This document shows, one piece after another, positions 1-6,328 of a DNA stretch of 9,477 bases. Made by a program: the position numbers and the translations under genes. Numbering within the stretch: the first letter of the stretch is position 1; each line of letters begins with the position of its first letter. This DNA is from an uncultured archaeon (GTDB taxonomy: Archaea; Asgardarchaeota; Thorarchaeia; Thorarchaeales; CAZPUN01). The notes below the pieces were generated by a model. That model made no database searches. It saw only the letters and a program-made list of their open reading frames with translations, and was not told where the DNA came from. The stretch spans positions 1-9,477 of the forward strand of contig CAZPUN010000041.1 of NCBI GenBank assembly GCA_964589775.1, given 5' to 3'.

Positions 1-1
1 T

Positions 2-415
2 CTGAAAAATCCGTACGATATCGATGAAGTTTTGGATGATAATGAGTTTATGCTTATTATTGACAGTCAGACTCAGGGTAGAGTCCTATCTGAAAAAGTT
101 GCCATTGCCCCGCGTGAGCCATATGGAGTCCCGGTTCATGAGCTATATAATTTGCTCCTTGGAGGTCCGCATTATCACCACGATTTTGATCCTAAATGTC
201 CCTGCCCGATTGGTCTCAATACTCCTGAAAATGAATTACCATTCATAATTACAGTTCCCGAAGGTGTCCCACAACTCGATATTGATTACTTGGAAGAAAC
301 AAACTCAATACTCGACAACATTATCGAGCGAACTCAAAAGATCTATGAAACGGCGCTAAATTCCCCCTTGTGCGAGAATTGTGTTCTCAAACTAAAGAAA
401 AAATACTCTCTCTAA
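2..415 (+). CDS. Partial (5'-truncated) hypothetical protein; possible divergent archaemetzincin/zincin-like C-terminus
   Basis: Frame is open from position 2 (LKNPYDIDEVLDDNEF...) to TAA at 413-415, so the ORF-track start at 32 is probably internal. Contains VHELYNLLLGGPHYHH...CPC and C-terminal LCENCVLKL. Followed at once by TCTCTTTTTT. Confidence 0.7.
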   Translation: MKNPYDIDEVLDDNEFMLIIDSQTQGRVLSEKVAIAPREPYGVPVHELYNLLLGGPHYHHDFDPKCPCPIGLNTPENELPFIITVPEGVPQLDIDYLEETNSILDNIIERTQKIYETALNSPLCENCVLKLKKKYSL

Positions 416-556
416 TCTCTTTTTTAGTGTTTTATTTCCTTAAGTGGTCCCTAAATATTTTCGTTCGTAACGTAAACGTGAATTCAATCTTGAAATTATT
501 GAACGAGATACTCTCTCGGTAAAAAATTCAGACTAAAGTAAACGCTAGATTGCATG

Positions 557-571
557 CGAAAGTACTATAAA
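557..571 (+). promoter_or_regulatory. Putative BRE/TATA promoter for the small ORF at 632
   Basis: CGAAAGTA followed by CTATAAG, about 60 nt upstream of ATG 632. Confidence 0.45.
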
Positions 572-631
572 GGGATTTTCGAAAGTTTTCATTTGTGTAA
601 GAAAGCGGTTTTACCACGCGAGGAGTCAATC

Positions 632-751
632 ATGTATGGCAAAAGAATAAATAGAATAATTCGAGACCGACAGGTCATAAAGTTGGAAGAACTTGGAGAC
701 ATATATGTGGAGAGGCCAAAAGTATTACAGCCCCCTAAGAAGGAGGATTAA
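632..751 (+). CDS. Small basic hypothetical protein, 39 aa (MYGKRINRIIRDRQVIKLEELGDIYVERPKVLQPPKKED)
   Basis: Shine-Dalgarno GAGGAG at 620-625 precedes ATG 632. Upstream TATA-like element, downstream hairpin and T-run. The longer start at 554 overlaps the putative promoter. Confidence 0.55.
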   Translation: MYGKRINRIIRDRQVIKLEELGDIYVERPKVLQPPKKED

Positions 752-793
752 CTCATTTCGAGTTGAACTCCTTCATCATTATTGTTTTTTGTT
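739..793 (+). terminator. Stem-loop plus T-rich tract between convergent genes
   Basis: GAAGGAG (739-745) pairs with CTCCTTC (768-774). TTAACTC (748-754) pairs with GAGTTGA (760-766, one G-U) around a 5-nt loop. Followed by TTGTTTTTTGTT. Confidence 0.45.
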
Positions 794-802
794 AGGGTAT
801 TT

Positions 803-1639
803 TTAGTTTATTGAGAGATCTATTACTTTTTCATCTTCTCCCATAACGTGAGCTACTATTTCGATTTCATCACGTATTTTCTTTGAACTTTTTATTTTTG
901 CAGCGAGTAATTCTTGTACTTGGAATAGACCTGCCATATTACTCATGAAGATTTCTATCATAATTGGTTTATTATCGCCTTTTCGGATTTTCACTCTATT
1001 TATTGCCATTGCCGATGCTGAATGTATGTTGACCATTCCGGAGCTAAATGTGATCCTAGCTCTACCTTTTGTCATGTCCAATGCATCTGCTACGCCCACT
1101 AATCCTGCCTCAATTGTTAGGGCGACTGTATTTTTATCGTGTGCATATATTGCATGTAGTATATGATTTCGTATTTTTATTCGTTTTTTCAAGTTCGGGT
1201 AGATCTCTATGAGTATGCGATCAAGTATCGGTCGAGCGAGCATGACACTCCATTCATAATGTTTGTCCCTGTGAATTGCTTGACCAATATCATGAAGATA
1301 TGTGGCTGCAGTTACCACAAGCATGGAATCTTCGAAATCGCCGCATCCTTCTTCAACTACTGTGGGTGGTTTATCTTTCAGATAGCGTAGTAATGTTATT
1401 GCGTGAAGTGTTGTTATCAATGAGTGGACATGACCATGATCGCTATATCCAAGTCTTCCCATAGTCATCGTATTGCTATCTTCCAAAAGCGTTTGGATTT
1501 CAATATCATTTTCCATTAATTGAAATATTTCTAGTGCTTTTGGATAGCTCTGCAGTACATCTTGTATTTTGTCTGCAAGACGCTTTTCAATTGTAACCTT
1601 TTTAGTTCTAATCTCAGATGTTTTTTGTGATTGTATCAT
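803..1639 (-). CDS. HD-domain metal-dependent phosphohydrolase (COG3294-like)
   Basis: Motifs RLGYSDHGHVH, YLHDIG..IHRDKH, IYAHD, EAGLVGVADALDMTKGRAR, NIHSASAMAI. SD GGAGGG on the minus strand at 1647-1652. Confidence 0.9.
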   Translation of the reverse strand: MIQSQKTSEIRTKKVTIEKRLADKIQDVLQSYPKALEIFQLMENDIEIQTLLEDSNTMTMGRLGYSDHGHVHSLITTLHAITLLRYLKDKPPTVVEEGCGDFEDSMLVVTAATYLHDIGQAIHRDKHYEWSVMLARPILDRILIEIYPNLKKRIKIRNHILHAIYAHDKNTVALTIEAGLVGVADALDMTKGRARITFSSGMVNIHSASAMAINRVKIRKGDNKPIMIEIFMSNMAGLFQVQELLAAKIKSSKKIRDEIEIVAHVMGEDEKVIDLSIN

Positions 1640-1681
1640 TCTGTATCCCTCCGGTAAAAAGCCGTTCTGGATTTAATTTCA

Positions 1682-1708
1682 ATATATTACTATGAAAGAA
1701 TTAATAAG
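1682..1708. promoter_or_regulatory. Back-to-back putative TATA elements for the divergent HD (-) and isochorismatase-like (+) genes
   Basis: Minus strand TAATATAT (1682-1689). Plus strand GAAAGAA-TTAATAAG (1694-1708). Confidence 0.35.
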
Positions 1709-1754
1709 TTCATTTTTTCATGCACATCTTGTTTATGAAACGCTGGTGACTAAA

Positions 1755-2399
1755 ATGTGTGGCGGTGACTTACTAGCTCTTGTTGTTATGAATCCCATTG
1801 AGGATTTTTTCGGAAAAAATTCCGTATTTGAGTTAAAGAATAAGGAGACTGCAATTTCACAAATTAAAGAACTTATAGCAAAGGTCAAAGACCATAATTC
1901 TCCTGTAGTTTATGTTGTAGATAATCATCTTCCTGAGGAAATTGAATTCTTATCGATTCCCAAACATGGTATTCGAAATACGCTCGGGCGTAAAATCATT
2001 TCTGAACTTACACCTGATGATGCAACATATATTATAGAAAAGCGACGGTATTCTGGATTTTATGAAACTGGCTTGGACCAGCTACTGAAAGACCTTGGTA
2101 TTGGCGTTTTGATAATTGCCGGTGGAATGCTTGAAACTGATGTTGTGCAGACTTGTATTGACGCTCGATTCAGAAATTATGAAATTTATCTGGTTGATAA
2201 GACATATGGTTGTATGGATCAAAATTCCAAAGATACTACCCTAGAATATCTCAAGAAATTTTATGATGTTGAACTATTGCAGATGGATGAACTTCACGAT
2301 ATCTTACATGAATATTCTATAGACCATCATGAACATGACCACGAACACAGTCATGAACATGGCCATCAACATAATCATGAACACACACATGCACATTAG
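1755..2399 (+). CDS. Isochorismatase/nicotinamidase (cysteine hydrolase) fold protein with non-canonical catalytic residues and a C-terminal His-rich tail
   Basis: ALVVMNPIEDFF, PVVYVVDNH, KHG, IIEKRRYSGFYETGLDQLLKDLG, GGMLETDVVQTCIDARFRNY. Tail HHEHDHEHSHEHGHQHNHEHTHAH. Start moved from 1692 to ATG 1755 because of SD GGTGA at 1745-1749 and a TATA-like element at 1701. Confidence 0.88.
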   Translation: MCGGDLLALVVMNPIEDFFGKNSVFELKNKETAISQIKELIAKVKDHNSPVVYVVDNHLPEEIEFLSIPKHGIRNTLGRKIISELTPDDATYIIEKRRYSGFYETGLDQLLKDLGIGVLIIAGGMLETDVVQTCIDARFRNYEIYLVDKTYGCMDQNSKDTTLEYLKKFYDVELLQMDELHDILHEYSIDHHEHDHEHSHEHGHQHNHEHTHAH

Positions 2400-2492
2400 T
2401 TTCTTTTATTATTTTTTGGAATGTGGATTCCGATAGAGTTAAAATTAAACTATAGAATTAAATATTTGATAATTTAAATCGGGGTTGCATTT

Positions 2493-3608
2493 ATGATTTA
2501 CCCAATATCGATGGCAAGCGTTGTAGAACTTGAAGAAATAACAAAGAATTATTTTCAGATACATGATTATATGATTGATCATGGGATTCCTGTGTTTATT
2601 GTTTCGTCTGCTGGGAATACTGAAGGGGCGTTTCTAAATTTGACAAAGGATGCGAAGCGAATCGGAACGCTACCTTTGCTTCGTTGGTATGATAAAGACG
2701 AAAACCTTATGATATTGCGTTTTGTTCCAGAAATTAGAAAAGATAAATCTGACATTAAAATCAATATTATTTTGTTTGTTATTACGCTAATTACAATGAG
2801 CTTTACTGGATACTTGTTTGTTTCGAGTCCATTATATGAAAAAGTGTTCTTTCCGAGTGGATATACATTCACGTCGCTTGATTTTGTATTAGGAATTGTA
2901 ACCTTTGTGTTGGCTTTAATGGGTATTATTGCTACTCATGAGCTTGGTCATTATTTCACTTGTAAGCATCATGGAATAGAAGCTACATTACCTTATTTCA
3001 TACCCGGGCTTCCCGCCACCGGCGGAACATTTGGTGCATTTATTATGCAAAAAAGTCCACCCCTAAACAGAAAACAACTATTCGATATGGGAATTAGTGG
3101 TCCTATGGCAGGATTTATTGTTGCCTTGATCGTTTCGATTATTGGAGCATTCTTGTCTGTACCTCTTACCGCCGACCAATTAGCTAGTCTTGCACCTGCT
3201 GGTGAGACTGGAGAGCTACCAACTCCATTGTTGTTCGATATTTTGATAATGCTTTTGATAAACGTTCCCGAAAATGGTACCGTTTTAATGCACCCAATTT
3301 TCTTTGCAGGCTGGGTGGGTATGCTTGTTACCGGTCTCAATCTATTTCCAATAGGACAATTAGACGGTGGTCACGTCGCTCGTTCTGTATTAGGAGCAAA
3401 ATACCACAAACTATTAGGATACGCTGCATTTGCGATTATGTTAATTATCGGATACTGGTTAATGGCATTTTTCGTTGCAATTTTTGTTCGTAGTGATCAT
3501 CCTGGTGCATTAGATGATGTATCTGAAGTATCCAAGGGTCGCATTGCGCTGTTTATCCTTGCGCTGATAATATTAATAATCACAATTCCGCCACTTACTA
3601 TATTCTAA
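2493..3608 (+). CDS. Site-2 protease, intramembrane zinc metalloprotease (peptidase M50)
   Basis: HELGH zinc motif, LPYFIP...GTFGAFI, FDMGISGPMAG, HPIFFAGWVG...LNLFPIGQLDGGH, and many TM segments. Start may be ATG 2511. Confidence 0.95.
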   Translation: MIYPISMASVVELEEITKNYFQIHDYMIDHGIPVFIVSSAGNTEGAFLNLTKDAKRIGTLPLLRWYDKDENLMILRFVPEIRKDKSDIKINIILFVITLITMSFTGYLFVSSPLYEKVFFPSGYTFTSLDFVLGIVTFVLALMGIIATHELGHYFTCKHHGIEATLPYFIPGLPATGGTFGAFIMQKSPPLNRKQLFDMGISGPMAGFIVALIVSIIGAFLSVPLTADQLASLAPAGETGELPTPLLFDILIMLLINVPENGTVLMHPIFFAGWVGMLVTGLNLFPIGQLDGGHVARSVLGAKYHKLLGYAAFAIMLIIGYWLMAFFVAIFVRSDHPGALDDVSEVSKGRIALFILALIILIITIPPLTIF

Positions 3609-3611
3609 GTG

Positions 3612-3644
3612 GTTTTCTTCTATATTTTTTAAAAAAGAGAGAAA
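3612..3644. terminator. Bidirectional oligo-T terminator region between the M50 and signal peptidase genes
   Basis: Plus strand TTTTCTTCTATATTTTTT. Minus strand TTTCTCTCTTTTTT (3631-3644). Confidence 0.55.
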
Positions 3645-3651
3645 TTTGGTT

Positions 3652-4221
3652 TTATGGATCCATCGTACCTAATATTGGATCTTCTTCGGGTTCATAATGT
3701 CTGTTATTATTGTCTTCATCACTTGGATATAGTAAGACTATTGCGATGAGCATAATTACTGTGATTAAGATTATTGGATTCCTTAACCATAAACTAACAT
3801 AGCCGATATATGGAATTCTAAACACGACAACACCAATTATGTCCTCAATTGTTCTAAATCCTGGATCTGATACAGGATTCGCATCTCCTTTTGTGATGAA
3901 TTCTAATGTTCCGCTATTATTGATTATTTCTATGACTCTATGAACCACAGGTGATTCTGGATGCCAATCGGATGTATAAACAACGATATCACCCACTTTA
4001 ATGTCACTTGCTTCACGATGCTGGATGATTAAAAGATCACCCGTATGTAAATTCGGAGACATTGATTCACTTGTAACGACTACCAATGGTGTAGGTGTTC
4101 CCATGGCTAATTGTAATGACAAATAACTACCATATGATGCACCAATTACAATTGCTACAATAAAGATTGTCTTGTATGTTTCATTTTTCCAAAGTTCTCT
4201 AATAAGACTCATAGGAATCAC
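3652..4221 (-). CDS. sec11: Signal peptidase I, archaeal/eukaryotic Sec11 type (S26B)
   Basis: N-terminal TM, VVTSESMSPNLHTGDL (catalytic Ser), VVHRV (His general base), TKGDAN, C-terminal TM. Start is GTG 4221 or ATG 4212. Confidence 0.95.
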   Translation of the reverse strand: MIPMSLIRELWKNETYKTIFIVAIVIGASYGSYLSLQLAMGTPTPLVVVTSESMSPNLHTGDLLIIQHREASDIKVGDIVVYTSDWHPESPVVHRVIEIINNSGTLEFITKGDANPVSDPGFRTIEDIIGVVVFRIPYIGYVSLWLRNPIILITVIMLIAIVLLYPSDEDNNNRHYEPEEDPILGTMDP

Positions 4222-4261
4222 TTTCCTATTTTTAACTAATTATTCTTGTAATTATCAATCG

Positions 4262-4276
4262 TATAAAAAGGAATCG
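4262..4276 (-). promoter_or_regulatory. Putative BRE/TATA promoter of the signal peptidase gene
   Basis: Minus strand CGATTCC-TTTTTATA, 40-50 nt upstream of the start and just downstream of the preceding gene's terminator motif. Confidence 0.5.
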
Positions 4277-4298
4277 AAATAAAAAAGAGAGGAAGCAT

Positions 4299-4712
4299 TT
4301 ATTTCTTCCTATGTAATAGATCCAGAGCTTTTTGTAATTTTATATCTTCTTTCACGCGGGTTGGGTTCCATTCAAATTCTTTGATCTCTACACCTGGTCT
4401 TTCTTTCAAAAGTAATTCTTTCATTAGTTTAAGATTTGCAACATCCATCTTTATACATTTTGCGACATATTGACAGTTTTCTATTGAGCAGATGCTTGTT
4501 GTATAAATTCTGAATTTTCCATCTGGTTCCTTGATAGCTACAATTTGAGCTGGGCAGGTTGGAATTGGCTCTGTAAATGTAATCCTATCGCCTTTGTCCT
4601 CTTCAATAAAATCTCCTAATACTTCGCGGGCTGCCTCTCTTATATCTTCTAAGGAAGCGCTCGTTAGGAGTTCGTTTCTTCCCTTTAACATAATTGTTTC
4701 TTCAGACGACAT
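4299..4712 (-). CDS. Hypothetical protein with four cysteines (C53, C75, C80, C86)
   Basis: 137-aa ORF with protein-like composition, its own TATA-like element and a downstream TCTCTTTTTT terminator motif. No family recognised. Confidence 0.8.
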   Translation of the reverse strand: MSSEETIMLKGRNELLTSASLEDIREAAREVLGDFIEEDKGDRITFTEPIPTCPAQIVAIKEPDGKFRIYTTSICSIENCQYVAKCIKMDVANLKLMKELLLKERPGVEIKEFEWNPTRVKEDIKLQKALDLLHRKK

Positions 4713-4761
4713 ATTTCTTTCACTTTATTTCCTTTGGTCTGATTTTTTCGAGAAGAGCTAG

Positions 4762-4776
4762 AATATAAACTATTCG
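4762..4776 (-). promoter_or_regulatory. BRE/TATA promoter of the 137-aa gene
   Basis: Minus strand CGAATAG-TTTATATT, about 50 nt upstream of ATG 4712. Confidence 0.55.
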
Positions 4777-4928
4777 TATATCTCTCTGATTATTTTATAC
4801 ACTATAGCTCATTTAAGCCTATCTGCATATTCAGAAATACAAATTTATAATTAGTTTTTGTACACTATTTTACATTGTTTTTCTTATTACATGCACATAC
4901 ATTGGCAAATTTTAAAAATATTACCGAA

Positions 4929-4958
4929 AGCTATAGCTCAATATGTTGGGACATATTG
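4929..4958. promoter_or_regulatory. Operator-like palindromes upstream of the longin gene
   Basis: Perfect palindrome AGCTATAGCT (4929-4938) abuts a perfect 8-bp inverted repeat CAATATGT-tggg-ACATATTG (4939-4958). Both lie just upstream of CGAAAAAGAAAG-TTAATTAA and TATATATA elements (4959-4990). Confidence 0.5.
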
Positions 4959-5024
4959 CGAAAAAGAAAGTTAATTAAGGAGTATATATATTTATTATTT
5001 AGTAATTAAAATGAAAAAAGCATA

Positions 5025-6317
5025 TTGGGGATTGGTTGTAATTTGGTAAGAGAACTAATGATACTAAAAAAAACGGGACACACACTATTTCATTATTCTG
5101 AAGATGATTCAAAAGTGCTATCAGACCTAGTAGGGAATTTTCTCAGCGCTGTTAGTACATTTGCTGAAGAATTGGGCGAACGAAATATCCAGTCTCTTGA
5201 GTTTGAAGAAAATAAATTCGTTTATGAGGCTCTTGGAGACTTGCTATTTGTCTTCCTAATCGGGACCGACGAGCCTGAAGATATTTATCGAATTATGCTT
5301 CGCGATATTTCCAAAGAATTTATGGATCGGTATGGTGAGATTGTAAAAAGCGAAGTTGTTGATTTTGATCTATTTAATGAATTCAATGATTATGTGAAGC
5401 AGGTTCTCATGCGATATGAAGGTTTATCGCCAATTGCAAAGAAATATCCCACGATAATATTACTCTCTGAAGATATGAGTAAGCTAAAAGATGCAGTAAC
5501 AAGTGCGGAATCCGGCGATGTTGTCCATAGATTATGCATTATTTCTCAAGATGGCTATGTATTCTATTCTGATTTGAAATCATTTGAAATGGATCTTGTA
5601 TTTGAGTCTATCGAACGCATAAAGCAAGAGGGTAAGGATAAATTACCGTACCTAATAATTGAGCGTTCGATTTTGGACCCACAAACTTCACTGTTTCTTT
5701 ATACAATTACAGATATGGCGTACCTATTAGCAATTATAAATTCAAATTATGATATTGACAAAATCTTAGAATCGCTTCTACCATTGATCAACACCATACG
5801 CGATTTGAACAAGAGTAATTTTATTAAAATCACTCCTGAAATGGCTGAAGTTTCACTAGAAGACCTACAGATTTCTGTATTTGAGCCTGTTTTCTCGAGA
5901 ATTGACTTACTTCGAGAAAATCCCGCTAAGAAGCAAGAATTCAGGAATCTATTTGGCAAGATTGGATTTCAAGTCGTTGATTCCTTAACGCGGAAACTTT
6001 CGTTTAATGATTTGATCGTTCGAACAAAATTAGCTCCGAACACACTAGCTGAAATATTAAACTATCTTATACATTTTGGAGCTATTCGAATTGTTGAATT
6101 GTATCCCGTGATCAATGAAATTGATGAACGATTTGATGCATATCTGGAATTAGTTGGTATGCGTTCACAAGATTATCAAATACTTAAGGCTGCGGTACCG
6201 TTCTGTGACGGCAAGACTTCTCTGGGTGAAATTTCATTACGCATAGGCGTACCGCGAGCACAATTATATGAAATATTGAAATCTTCCGGGGACAGAGTTA
6301 AATGGATTGAAAAATAG
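5025..6317 (+). CDS. Multidomain eukaryotic-signature-like protein: N-terminal longin, central roadblock/LAMTOR-like domain, C-terminal tandem winged helices (NPRL2-CTD-like)
   Basis: aa 7-130 show a longin pattern (RELMILKKTG...SDLVGNFLSAVSTFAEELGERNIQSLEF..KFVYE..LLFVFLI + two helices). aa ~148-262 show an alpha-beta-beta-alpha-beta-beta-beta-alpha roadblock pattern (LCIISQDGYVFYS). aa ~312-430 show two wH-like repeats. The likely start is TTG 5043 (MVRELMIL). Confidence 0.75.
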   Translation: MGIGCNLVRELMILKKTGHTLFHYSEDDSKVLSDLVGNFLSAVSTFAEELGERNIQSLEFEENKFVYEALGDLLFVFLIGTDEPEDIYRIMLRDISKEFMDRYGEIVKSEVVDFDLFNEFNDYVKQVLMRYEGLSPIAKKYPTIILLSEDMSKLKDAVTSAESGDVVHRLCIISQDGYVFYSDLKSFEMDLVFESIERIKQEGKDKLPYLIIERSILDPQTSLFLYTITDMAYLLAIINSNYDIDKILESLLPLINTIRDLNKSNFIKITPEMAEVSLEDLQISVFEPVFSRIDLLRENPAKKQEFRNLFGKIGFQVVDSLTRKLSFNDLIVRTKLAPNTLAEILNYLIHFGAIRIVELYPVINEIDERFDAYLELVGMRSQDYQILKAAVPFCDGKTSLGEISLRIGVPRAQLYEILKSSGDRVKWIEK

Positions 6318-6328
6318 GAGGAATTAAG

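Noticed and set aside
24-248. 74-aa ORF in an alternative frame
   Set aside because: It overlaps the longer open frame 2-415, which has better protein-like features and a terminator motif.
463-518. Short repeats and inverted repeats (CGTAACGTAAACGT; TTCAAT...ATTGAA; CGAGA-N5-TCTCG)
   Set aside because: Arms of 5-6 bp are expected by chance in AT-rich DNA, and no tRNA or CRISPR structure is present.
739-774. Hairpin as a possible SECIS element
   Set aside because: The adjacent ORFs end in TAA, there is no candidate in-frame TGA, and no clear SECIS core is present.
945-1464. Three plus-strand ORFs (945-1166, 1163-1390, 1276-1464)
   Set aside because: They are antisense shadows of the well-supported HD gene.
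2579-3340. Minus-strand ORFs 2579-2872 and 2993-3340
   Set aside because: They are antisense to the M50 protease and have no motifs.
2493-4221. M50 protease plus signal peptidase as a regulated intramembrane proteolysis pair
   Set aside because: The genes are convergent with separate promoters and terminators. Both are common housekeeping genes, and no substrate is evident.
5747-5959. 70-aa minus-strand ORF
   Set aside because: It is antisense within the longin gene.
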